64,000 nucleotides of DNA from Chiloscyllium plagiosum (taxonomy: Eukaryota). The notes beneath the pieces are model-generated. The model was not told the DNA's origin, made no database searches, and saw only the letters and a program-made list of their open reading frames with translations. The translations under genes were made by a program, and so were the position numbers. This document shows, piece by piece, positions 12,691 to 23,848 of this stretch (position 1 is its first letter; each line of letters begins with the position of its first letter). Where the stretch lies: the NCBI RefSeq assembly GCF_004010195.1, contig NC_057744.1, positions 24,674,224 through 24,738,223 of the forward strand, written 5' to 3'.

Positions 12691-13594
12691 CCATCATTTA
12701 TTAATTCACTATGCTTCAATGCCTTAGCACATTACCAAATTTTATGCTCAGCAGTAATGGAAAAGAACTTGTATTTTACGACAAAGGAAACAGTTGTTAA
12801 GATTTAGCAATTTCTGTGACTTAGATTTCTACTGCTGTAAAGTCCATTTAAATTTGTTGCCAAGGCAAGTGAAATCAACACATGTCTAATCAAACTAATA
12901 TCATCAACCAAGTGAATTACACTGGAGGATTCTCACAGAAGGCCAACAAGGAAGCAAAATCTACTCATTAATTTGCATTTTGAATTACACTTTACAGAGA
13001 GTGAACGAAAGAATTAGGGCATGAGCATGAGTTTAAGATAAAAGCTGAGACAACTATTAAGAAGATATCTTACAAAACCTGAAATTTCCATGAAAGAAAC
13101 AAAATCAGTTTTCTGAGATCAAAGTGGCTTCACGCCAGTAATTATGAATTTATTGCACTATGTAAAAGAATAATTTTACAACTCATTCAACAAGGTGTAA
13201 CTATTTCAAAGGTGATCACAGCACTAGCAATAACCAAGTTTTTTTTTGTCAGTCCATTGATTTCTATTTGATTGTTGTCTGTGAGAACTTCGGTACAGTC
13301 CTCTATGAAAAGGTATGAAATCATGAGAGACAACTTGTAAATTTCCACATTTAACAGTGCATGTGAGACCTCAGAAGTCACTGTCAATTTCACATCAGTA
13401 ATGAAAGAAAATAGTTTGACCCTCACTATCATTACAAAATTTAGGCCTATAAAAGGTCCCACTCCTGGGTAGATATTGCACAAAATGTTTTTGAATTGAT
13501 ATTGAATGGGAAAAGTCTAACTAATGACATATGCTGGGGGCTGCTCTACTCCAACAAGATCTGGTCCATTAGAATCGGCAACAAAGTTAATGTG

Positions 13595-13920
13595 CCGACT
13601 CATCTTCAAAGCATTTCAAAATTACTCCTATTGCTCTGTCCTCCTTCCATTTCTACGCATCTTGCCACACTTCAAGAGTTTATCAATTTCTCACTTAACA
13701 AAGGTAATGATGGCTGCCTCAAGTAGAGTCTGTGGAAAAGCATTGCACAGTGCAACAACCATCGATGTAAAGCAATTTCTCCTTATCACTTTCTTCATGA
13801 CAATATTATATTGATGACTTCTCATCATTGATTCCCTAGCTTAAGAGAACGTTCTCAGAATTTTACCAACCTCTACCAAATCTAGTCCTGGCCTTAAACG
13901 GAAAGTCTGAGTTCTCTTCT
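13595..13920 (-). mobile_element. Very old CR1 3' fragment
   Basis: Weak reverse similarity to CR1 3' regions (tgtggaaaagcattgcacagtgcaacaacc..gtaaagcaatttctcct). Confidence 0.4.
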
Positions 13921-14129
13921 ATAGTTTCCATGGGATTTTAAAACAGCACATAGCTCTTTGTCTGTAACTTAACATTTGATTTGCAAAAAGACCATAATAA
14001 GAGGCTGCATCATTCAACATGATGCTGGTTGAGATCTAACTGTGAGGTGGTGACTCTTCAGAATGTTCTTAAAATTCAGATAGACATCTCTTTCCCTCCC
14101 TCATGTTTTATAGGCACTAAAAAGCTCCA

Positions 14130-14355
14130 GAGATGGAAATGTGTTGCTGGAGAAGCGCAGCAGGTCAGGCAGCATCTAGGGAACAGGAGAATCGACGTTT
14201 CGGGCATTAGCCCTTCTTCAGGAAATCCTTTCCTGAAGAAGGGCTAATGCCCGAAACGTCGATTCTCCTGTTCCCTAGATGCTGCCTGACCTGCTGCGCT
14301 TCTCCAGCAACACATTTCCATCTCTGATCTCCAGCATCTGCAGACCTCGTTTTCT
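14130..14355 (+). mobile_element. Mini Penelope-like element (family A), perfect hairpin
   Basis: Arms 14128-14225 and 14229-14326 are exact reverse complements with a 3-nt loop. TSD cactaaaaagctcca at 14115-14129 and 14356-14370. Confidence 0.95.
14230..14264 (+). ncRNA. Minimal hammerhead motif (mirror copy on minus strand at 14190-14224)
   Basis: CUGAAGA 14233-14239, stem II GGGC/GCCC, GAA-ACGU-C 14253-14260; stem I only ~2 bp. Confidence 0.6.
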
Positions 14356-14383
14356 CACTAAAAAGCTCCATAAATGTCCATTT

Positions 14384-14722
14384 CTTTTATTCACGTTGGT
14401 CTCTGGCTAGGCTAGCATTTATTGCCCATCCCTAATTGCCCAGATGGCAGTTAAGAGTCAACCACATTGCCATGTGTATGGAGTCACATGTAGGCCACAC
14501 CAGGCAAGGATGGCAGTTTCTTTCCCTAAATGACATTAATGAACTAGATGCATTTTTCCTGACAATTGACAATGGATTCATGATTGTTACTTAATTCCAG
14601 TTTTTTATTGAAATCAAATTCTACTCTCTGCCATGGCAGCACTGGAACCCAATTCCACAGAACATTACCAGAGTCTTTGGATTAATAGCCCAACGATAAT
14701 ACCATGAGACCATTGCCTCCCC
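14384..14722 (-). mobile_element. tRNA-derived SINE sharing its 3' tail with LINE family 2
   Basis: Minus strand head ggggaggcaatggtctcatggt with decayed B box gggttccagtgc; tail gggcaattagggatgggcaataaatgc resembles LINE ends at ~37624 and ~60922. Confidence 0.8.
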
Positions 14723-15171
14723 ATTATGGTGCAGAAAGAGCATACCCAACATTCTGAGCCAAAATGATGCCATGTGATCTGACCCAATAGCAAAAAAAAT
14801 GATGCAGTGCCCATTGTAGTGTCCACAGGAGCAATCTTTGAACTTGTACACAGCCTGTTTGAGGCTCCCACAATGAGATTGTGGCACTTGATGCCAGCCT
14901 TTGGAAGGAAGACTGACACAAAAACTTTTATGCCCCTTCTAGCTAGCAATCTGCCATAGGGAGGGGTGCAAGAAATGCAACCTATTGTTTCAGTCAATCC
15001 TCACAACTATACACCTCTTTTTAAATACCACGTCAGATTGTCAGGAGTACACTAAGAACTCATTGCGGTATGAAATTCCTAAATAAAGCTACTAACTTCA
15101 AAATGCTATTGAGAGTAATTACGGCTGTGTGAAAATTAAACGTACAGTTTCTAACCGCTCCATTTGTATGA

Positions 15172-15355
15172 AAGGTAAAAACAATGACTACAGATGCTGG
15201 AAACCAGATTCTGGATTAGTGGTGCTTTAAAAGCACAGCAGTTCATGCAGCATCCAAGGAGCAGTAAAATCGACGTTTCGGGCAAAAACCCTTCATCAGG
15301 AATACAGGCAGATTGCCTGAAGAGTGGAGAGATAAATCTCTCCACCCTTCAGGCA
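15172..15355 (-). mobile_element. Penelope-like pseudo-LTR (family A variant) with hammerhead motif and short terminal hairpin
   Basis: Minus strand attc-ctgatga-a-gggt-tttt-gccc-gaa-acgt-c at 15268-15303; 20-bp inverted repeat 15314-15333 / 15336-15355. Confidence 0.8.
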
Positions 15356-17503
15356 CCCTTCAGATTGCTTTTGTGCAACTAATGTGGTTTTCAATCAGTT
15401 GACTCCTCATTCAAGTTGCTACTGAGTATGTCAGAATGTTTTACGTAAGACCCATTTGACATATCATTCAGAGTCAAGATCTCTGAAACAATGTTCCATT
15501 TAGTTCCATCACTTTGCTCATTTTATGTCACTCTTTTGTTAATAATTTCCAAATGCTGCTTTCCATTTTACTTTGAACAGTTATTCTGGAGGAGCATCTA
15601 TACACCTGCATATTAGGTTTCCATCAGGCCATTCTACATCCTAAACATCTCAGCCTCATGAAATAAAACATTACTTGTCTCCTGTCCCCTTTGTTTCTCT
15701 GAGATGTTGACCTTAGATTTTCCAGGATTTGATTAGTTTCTTTCCAGAATTACCTCATCCAAACCCCTCAATTTTGAAATCTCTAACAGGCTACATAAAG
15801 TTTTTCAAACTAATTAGGGATGGTGAACAATAAGCCAGACATATTAAAAATGAACAAAGTGCAATTCTGTTTATTCCCAAAATATAGATATCCTCTTTTT
15901 CTTTAATATTGGCTCAAACAATCTCCAATTAACTGTGAAAACGTTCCACAACAATTGAATTCAGATGCAACTGCTCAAATATTGTTTTTAAAAAAACTTT
16001 CCACTTGTAAATTCTTCATGACTTTCAACACAGGATAATAAATGTTCCTGCTATGCTCAGCAGCAACAATGAAAAATGACTAAAAATAAATTTTAAAAAG
16101 CCTTCCTGCTCAACAGAACCATTACACCACGATTTTTTTCCCCATAAATAATCTAAAATCTAAATGTTTTATTCAAATCACATGCAACTTTGAAAAAGCC
16201 TAAAGGGACACTATCACATATTCAGGCCAAACAGACAGGAATTTTTTTTCTTAATTAAACAGTTTTTTTTCATCATGCCATTCTAATAAACTTCAGGGAT
16301 TTAAAAAAAAAACACAGATAAATAATGCAAACCAGGCAACAATATTTTACAGAGCTGTCAAAATTATCTTTTGATATCCAAGCTAATTATCTGAAGAAAC
16401 TGAAAATAGCTTCTGGATTCAACAATTCGATTAAGAAAGCAATCCTGATTTTTCATGGTAAATTTTTAATGGAGAGGACTGTATTAATGGTGTTTATTCA
16501 TACCGGTGACATTTCCTATAAATTATTAAGGGTAAATGGACTTTTCCTAAGACTACTGCAGAAAGGGAGCGCAGTATAATTATGTTATGATGGTTCCAAA
16601 AGATATTTGAATTAATCTTCTGAAACAATGATACTTAAATGCTCTGACACAGAATATTTTAACAAAATTTGAAAACAAACAGTTCCTTTTAATTACAATT
16701 GAAATGTATCTAAAATTATTTTAGGATGTGAGATGGGAAACTCAATGACACCTTGAGACAGATGTCCCTTTGTTTATTTTGTTGTTTCAATCAAATAAGA
16801 CATGCATAAAACACTGATCTATTCTCAGACCATTCCAAATTAATGTCGGTCACCTTCAATGGATGTTTGCTCTGAAATTTATTTCTTATTTACCACACAC
16901 TTCTTGTCATTAAATAGGTCTCATCTTTGCATTGACATGAAGACAGATTCAACTCAAAAGCTTGCAAAATAAATTGTACTCAACTAAGTTACTTGGACTG
17001 CGCATGATGCAGCTAATGTGATTTTCCACGTCACACTGATGGAAAATTGTAGTTTATGGCAAATTGTTTCGAAGTGTGCTATGAATGGTATACAGGTAAC
17101 ATGAGATGGAAGAGAAATATCTAGGGGATAGTACGTTTGGCACTTAACACAATAAATTCCTGGAAATATAGCACAGTTAATTCCCACTTTGAGATTAACT
17201 CATTTGTTCTTCATATGGTTTTAACTGCAACTGTAACATTACTTTGAACTTTCTCTAAGATGTGCTCAGGCAACTTGTTGGATTGCCTTTGTATTGCAAC
17301 ATTATGTATTTATCATTCTCAAAATGCAGACGTGCCCTTCTTCTCCTGTCAACATAACTAATTTAAAATCCAGATCCTCTCTGCTAAACACCAATGTGTA
17401 GTGATTGGAACTAGGTGGAGCTTATTGACTATAAGATCCTTGATCGGGGTTGTTAATCTGCACCAATCAGGGAGCCGTGGCTGACAGATATAAACAGGAG
17501 ATT

Positions 17504-17796
17504 AGTGGTCGGAAGGTGGGAGGGGCAGGGGCTTGCTGGGTCTGTATTGTCTGTACGTTTGTATGTAACAGTATTGTCTAATGTACAAATGTCATTGTTG
17601 ATGTCTCTTTATATTTTTATTTGTGAAACTGGGATTTGAGGTTTGTCCTCCTCTCCCTGTAAATTGGTTGAACGGTAGGGTTCGGGGCCTAGCTTTGCTG
17701 CTCCTCTCCCTTGTAAAATTGCTGTCTTTTGTGTACAGCTGTCAATGTTTTTTTGTAAACTGTTTTGTAATTTGTTTAATAAAATTTAAAAAAAAA
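17504..17796 (+). mobile_element. Poly(A)-tailed retroposed insert, copy 1 (L1/Tx1-like 3'UTR or SINE)
   Basis: GT-rich body, aataaa at 17778, A tail; flanked by taaacaggagatt at 17491-17503 and 17797-17809. Confidence 0.75.
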
Positions 17797-17809
17797 TAAA
17801 CAGGAGATT

Positions 17810-18095
17810 AGTGGTCGGAAGGTGGGAGGGGTAGGGGCTTGCTGGGCCTGTATTGTCTGTACTTTTGTATGTAACAGTATTGTTTAATGTACAAATGTCA
17901 TTGTTGATGTCTCTTTATATTTTTATATGTGAAACTGGGATTTGAGGTTTGTCCTCATGTCCCTGTAAACTGTTTGAACGGTAGGGTTTGGGGCCTGGCT
18001 TTGCTGCTCCTCTTCCTTGTAAAATTGCTGTCTCTTGTATGCAGCTGTAAATGTAACTGTTTGTTGTAAACTGTTTTTGTAATTTGTTTAAAAAA
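17810..18095 (+). mobile_element. Poly(A)-tailed retroposed insert, copy 2
   Basis: Same 5' start agtggtcggaagg, roughly 20 differences from copy 1, A tail, then aaacaggagatt at 18096-18107. Confidence 0.75.
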
Positions 18096-18964
18096 AAACA
18101 GGAGATTCAGTGTCTCCTCACTTCAGGGACTGACACTGAGCTGGCTAGCCACATCCAGTGTGGTGTGCACGTGAAAATAAAGGGTGACCAGGTGACAGGA
18201 TACTGGCCTCTGTGCAGCTATTTCACTGTGGTCGCACAATACAAATAAGAAAAATCAAAAGCACCCTATTGTTAAGAAATAGATGGCATATTATTACCAC
18301 AGCTCAATAATTTGCATCTCTCTACACTCTATTATTCAAAGTTTACAGAGTTCTGTTCAGACTGACTTTAAGTTTTTGGTTCAATTCTGTTCATCAGGAC
18401 ATCAGAGTGCTTGAGGCAGAGCAGTGAAAACTACAAGGCTGATCCTCAGTGACAGTATGAGTTTTAAAGAAAGACAGGAGAAACTCATTCATTTAATATG
18501 GCGCTGGTGAAAACAATCATAGGGGAGCCAGTCATTAAGAGTCCACAAAGAATATTCTGATATTGCTCTCAAGTAAATCACAGTGGCAGAAGGAGATATC
18601 AATCCTGTAAACGACAAGTTTAGATCTGAGATCAGGAAATTCTCCTTCTTGTGAAGAGGAAAGTTTTAAATGCCATTGCCGAGGGAAAATCTGGCAGGTA
18701 CAATCTGACTGCACATTGCAAAGCCCTTCAAATTTACTGTTCTGTTCAAGTCAATGGAAAGGCAGCTCAAACAGTGAGAGCAGTGGGTGGCTGCTCAGCT
18801 CATGCTCACTTTCAGCTCTGTGGGAAATGCTAGGTTCTATCCCATAGGATAATCGACATACAGAATGAACCACTGGATTCAAATATTCTGGAATTATCTA
18901 CAAAATAATTGGATACTTTTGTGGGAGGATTGTAATGAGCTTCTGAACATACATTTCTGAGATC

Positions 18965-19505
18965 AAGATTTGGCTCTTCCAACACATTCCTGGCTAGTTT
19001 ACCTCATTCTCCTCTTCGCAAACTCGAAGTTGTCCAAAATTCCAGTGTCCTTGTGTAAGCTTGTACCAAGTTCCATTCCCCTAATACGCTTGGACTCACT
19101 CATCTAAATCTTGATCAGGCAACATTTTCATTATCAAATCCTCATCCTTGCTTTCAAATCCTCCCAAGAACACTCCCTGTCCGAGCTCTGTCACTTCCAC
19201 AAGTCTTACAAACCTCTGCTCACTTATACATGCCTGTTTGTAACTGTTTCTTTATCATTGGTCATACCTGCAAATTGGCCAAATCCAAACCTCTGTATTA
19301 CACTCCCTACATCTCTCTTTCTCTTTATTTTTCTTTTCCTCCTTTTAGATACTCTTTGAAATGTACCCATCTCTCCACCTTTTAAGCTCTGCCCTGATAT
19401 TTACTATTTACCTCTGTGTCATATTTTGTTTTTTGATGCTCCTATGAAGAGTTTTGAGATGTTTTAATGCATTGAAACTACTTTATAACTTTGTTGCTGT
19501 TGAAG
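18965..19505 (+). mobile_element. Old L2 LINE 3' end
   Basis: Translates to NTFLASLP..LRKLEVVQNS and QILILAFKS, like the L2 ORF2 C-terminus; decayed gttgctgttg tail. Confidence 0.65.
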
Positions 19506-19619
19506 GTAAGCCAAATTGTTTTTGTCACTAGTAATTCTCAGCTGAGCTTTTCCACCAGGTTGGCACGGACGGTGGTAAATATTGTCTGGGGTAATGAGTT
19601 CTACGGTGTCACAACTCGT

Positions 19620-20380
19620 AAGGCCATAAGAAAACCAAAAAACACAGGAGTGCCAACCTACTCCACCTCCCCAGTTAAAAATGACCCTCCATATCCAGTG
19701 GGAGAAAGTGAGGACTGCAGATACTGGCAATGAGAGACGAGAGTGGGGTGTTGGGAAAGCACAACAGGTCAGGCAGCATCTGAGGAACAGGAGAATTGAC
19801 ATTTTGGGCAAGTGCCCTTCATCAGGAAATCATATCCAGTAACAGCTGAGTGAACCTTCTCTGAACTATCTTCAATGTGAGCACATCATTCCTTCAGGAA
19901 GTGATCCCAACGTATTCACAATATTCCAACTATACCATGACTAATGCCTTGTACAGTTATTGCAAAACCTCTCTACTTTTAAACTTCATTCGCTTTGAAA
20001 TGAAGGTCAACGTTCCATCTGCCTTCCCTATTACTGCTGTACTTGATTGCTAGAATTTGTGACTCATGCAGAGAAACTGTCGCTTTCTGCAGTCATTCTC
20101 CACTGAAATCATATTCAGCTCCTCTGTTCTTCCTGCCAAAGTGCATAACCTCACGTTTTCCCATATTATATGGTAAGTTTTGCACACTTGGCTATGTCCA
20201 ACTACAGAGTCTGTAATATCCTCACCGCTTGCCTTGCCACTTAATTTGGCATCATCCATACTCTTGGCTGCAGCACAGTCACTTTCCTCAGTGGTAATAA
20301 TTGTAAATAATTGCAGCCCTTGTAGTGATCCTTTTTAACTCCACTACTTACACATTTCCATCCTAAAAAAGTTTCAAGAG
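19620..20380 (-). mobile_element. Old CR1 fragment interrupted by a pseudo-LTR monomer
   Basis: ORF 20050-20259 starts DDAKLSGKA; remnants of the EYC..WSP region at ~19900. Confidence 0.6.
19700..19830 (-). mobile_element. Solo family-A pseudo-LTR monomer
   Basis: Runs from the hammerhead start to the tttctccc tail end; TSD catatccagt at 19690-19699 and 19831-19840. Confidence 0.85.
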
Positions 20381-20643
20381 ATAAACAACAAGTAAGCGTA
20401 ATTAAAAGATTACACACAGCAACCAATACAGAGAATTGCTGCACTGGGTGCCTTAGTTTGTTACAGAAATTGCTGGATGTGAATAGAACAACAGCGTGGA
20501 AAGTTAGTCTGCTGAATCTGGCCAAATTCCCCTCGATGTGATAAATTATATAATGAAAAATATTTCTAGACAGATTAGATTTCTAGACAGAAAATGAAAG
20601 CTGAAAAATCGACTAAGGTTAATAGCTTTAAAATTTATACAGC

Positions 20644-21137
20644 TGAAAATGTGTTGCTGGAAAAGCGCAGCAGGTCAGGCAGCATCCAAGGAACAGGANN
20701 NNNNNNNNNNNNNNNNNNNNNNNNNNNNNNNNNNNNNNNNNNNNNNNNNNNNNNNNNNNNNNNNNNNNNNNNNNNNNNNNNNNNNNNNNNNNNNNNNNNN
20801 NNNNNNNNNNNNNGGGTTGAAGAGGTCGGGAAGAAGATTTCAGGTTAGGAAGGTGGTGCTGAGTTCGAAGGTTAGGACTGAGATAAGGTGGGAGGGGAGG
20901 GGAAATGAGGAAACTGGAGAAATCTGAGTTTATCCCTTGTGGTTGGAGGGTTCCTAGGCGGAAGATGAGGCGCTCTTCCTCCAGCTGTCGTGTTGCTATG
21001 GTCTCCTCATTCCTGAAGAAGTGGTCATGCCCAAAACGTCGATTCTTCTGCTCCTTGGATGCTGCCTGACATGCTCTGCTTTTCCAGCAACACATTTTCA
21101 GCTCTGATCTCCAGCATCTGCAGTCTTCACTTTCTCC
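20644..21137 (+). mobile_element. Penelope-like family A insert: inverted 3' segment plus direct pseudo-LTR
   Basis: Inverted pLTR and endonuclease C-terminus (RQLEEERLIFRLGTLQPQGINSDF) to ~21004, then direct pLTR. TSD ttaaaatttatacagc at 20628-20643 and 21138-21153. Confidence 0.9.
20699..20813. other. Assembly gap (115 N)
   Basis: Run of N inside an inverted-repeat element. Confidence 1.
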
Positions 21138-21799
21138 TTAAAATTTATACAGCCTTATTTAAATCTGAAATTCTTGGGATGATTTGAAATTCACTGTCAG
21201 GGACAACAACAGCAATCAGAAAATAATTAATCATTCTCAAGTTTGTACTTCAAACTGGAAAACATCTTGCCAGAGAAATTGAACATTTTTTTTGACTCAA
21301 TTAAGTACTTAACTCATTCAGTATAAACTCATCCTGTATTTAACAAACATACTGCAATAAGTAAAATATTTTGATTGATAGCCAGTATGTTTAAACAAAT
21401 TCTTGCTGTAGTTGATTAGAGTCTGAACTGTAGGGTGAATGTTTGATATTTTAAGACATACTTGTCTCCACTATACTTCATCTAAATAGATTATATTTTC
21501 TGCTTAAAAAATGAGCAAATGGAACAAAAGAAATAAAATAACTTGACATCTGGAGTCATCACTGGGATTTCCAGTCATTTACAATTCTCATCAAAAGGCA
21601 ATAAGTTACAAACTTAGATGTAAAACTAATGAAAGAAATAGGGGTATGCAAAAACAAAACAAATTTTCCAAATCAACTAGAATAAAAGTATCAGAATTCA
21701 TCACTGGGATGTTTTCCCACTCGGGCTTGAATACTGAGAAAAGCTGTTTTTTTGTGTTTGAATGCGCATAATTGAGATGAAAAGATTTCTTTTGGACAG

Positions 21800-22060
21800 T
21801 TAGTAACACACCAGGCTCTGATTGAGAAGCTCTGGGTTCATGTCCCGCCCCAGGGCTTCAGGGGTGAGGAAGTTGCATTCATGACATGGTCAAACAGATT
21901 GAGTGTAGATTGGTAAATTCTTCCAACAAACACCACCAGAAGGAGGTAAGAGCAGGAGATTTCAGGTCTATCAGGTGATGGAAAGAAATTTTGAGCCTCT
22001 ACCATGAATCGTCATGGTTACATGTAAAGACGCTTGTTCCCTCAACGACTTGAACCCATG
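21800..22060 (+). mobile_element. Possible decayed tRNA-derived SINE
   Basis: B-box-like gggttcatgtccc at ~21835 with a tRNA-like lead-in. Confidence 0.35.
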
Positions 22061-22740
22061 TAACACACATTTGAATTTAAAAGCCACATCATTCCTTCTC
22101 ATTCATTATATTTGTGTCACACTTGTAGTTCATTTTCCTCAATGAAAATGTATTACCTCTGGAAAATAAAATCCTGCTGAAATGAAGTTAAGCATTTGAA
22201 AATGCACTCTGATTAAATTAAATTGTCAGCAGGGCATTGTTTGATAATATAGGTGATACAACATTTATACTACAGTCAGCTAATTGCACATTTGAGTACC
22301 AAGGGCTGTCCAAACCTTCCAGTAACAATTGAAAGGCTCATCTCTTTCCAGATCTTCTGTTACAATTAGATAGTCGATTAATAATGAAGAAAACAATAGA
22401 TCTTTTTGATTCCCTTGTAAATTTATCACATTCTGTTATTTTAGAATAAAATCAATATAAGGCAAAATCTACTGTAATATTTCTGTTCAAGATATCTCAG
22501 GAATTTTTAGTCACTTCCAGTTCAAACCAAATGGCAACATAATACAACCAGTTATAAACAGATTCTAAATAAAGAGATAAATTTTGGAACACAAAGAGGG
22601 AGAAATAAAAAGTTGATATTCGCTGTTTAGGAAGAATGTTAACCACAAAAATGACTCAATTTGGGTTAGGTGACGGGGTGGGTTTGAAGTGTTAGTAGTT
22701 TTAGAAACTAACTTGAATCCAACTACTTGCAATTTTAACA

Positions 22741-23669
22741 GAAGGTCTGGATGAGCTGGAAGGTTCATTTTCAAATGTTTCAACACCTGACTAGGTAACA
22801 TTTTCAGTGAGCTTCCAGACGAAGCGCTGCTGATGATTCCGGCTTTCTATTTATATGTTTGGGTTTCTTTGGGATGATGATGTCATTTCCTACCATAATG
22901 TAATTTCCTATGGTGATTTCATTTCCTGTTCTTTTTCTCAGGGGGTGGTAGATGGGGTCTAATCCGATGTGTTTGTTGACAGAGTTCCAGTTGGAATGTC
23001 ATGCTTCTTGGAATTCTCATGAGGGTCTCTGTTTGGGTTGTCCTAGGATGGATGTATTGTCCCAGTCGAAGTGGTGTCGATCCTCATGTGTACGTAAGGA
23101 TACTAGTGAGAGAGGGACATGTCGTTTTGTGGCTAGTTGATGTTCTTGTATCCTGGTGGCTAGTTTTCTGCCTGTTTGTCCAATGTAGCATTTGTTACAG
23201 TCCTTGCATGGTATTTTGTAAATAATATTAGATTTGCTTGTTGTCTCTTTAGGGTCTTTCAAGATCATTAGCTGCTGTTTTCGTGTGTTGGTGGGTTTGT
23301 GGGCTACTATGATGCCAAGGGGTCTGAGTAGTCTGGCAGTCATTTCTGAGATGTCTTTGATGTAGGGGAGAGTGGCTAGGATTTCTGGATGTGTTTTGTC
23401 TGCTTGTTTGTGTTTGTTGCTGAGAAATCGGCAGATTGTATTCATTACGTACCAGTTTTTTTTAAAAATATACTGTATAGGTGTCTACAGGAAAGCAATG
23501 CATACAATAAATATTAATCTACAGAAGCAATCACCCCAACATCCACAAACAAAGGTGCATCGGAACATTATTCCAATGAGCCACCACATGATGCAGTACA
23601 GAGGAACTACGCAGAGCAGAGAAAAATCACCTATACAGTGTATTAAAAAAGAGCAGCTACCCAATGAAC
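22741..23669 (-). mobile_element. Penelope-like element family C (Poseidon-like) with 5' inversion
   Basis: Minus ORF 23017-23445 reads LPYIKDISE..LKDP..NIIYKIPCKDCNKCYIGQTGRKLATRIQEH (GIY-YIG). Plus strand 23481-23669 encodes the upstream RT thumb region (VYRK..YRSNHPNIHK..YPMN). Confidence 0.9.
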
Positions 23670-23744
23670 CCTCATGATTAGAAGCTGCTCCCAAACCTTG
23701 CAATCTCAACTCCACAAAGGTCTTCAGTCTCTACACCACCATCG

Positions 23745-23848
23745 AGCAGTGCTCTGAAAGCTAGCACTTCCAAATAAACCTGTTGGACTATAACCTGGTG
23801 TTGTGTGATTTTTAACTTTGTCCAGCCCAGTCCAACACTGGCACCTCT
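23745..23848 (+). mobile_element. Penelope-like pseudo-LTR family D, 5'-truncated
   Basis: gagcagtgctctgaaagctagc (hammerhead 3' half) followed by aaataaacctgttggactataacctggtgttgtgtgatttttaact; homologous to 60388-60510. Confidence 0.7.

Larger units (their letters stand above)
17397..18225 (+). mobile_element. Solo LTR (probably Gypsy-type) interrupted by two tandem inserts
   Basis: TG..CA ends (tgtagtga..tatttca), ccaat at ~17463, tataaa at 17489-17494, aataaa at ~18176; about 225 bp once the inserts are removed. TSD not clear. Confidence 0.7.
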
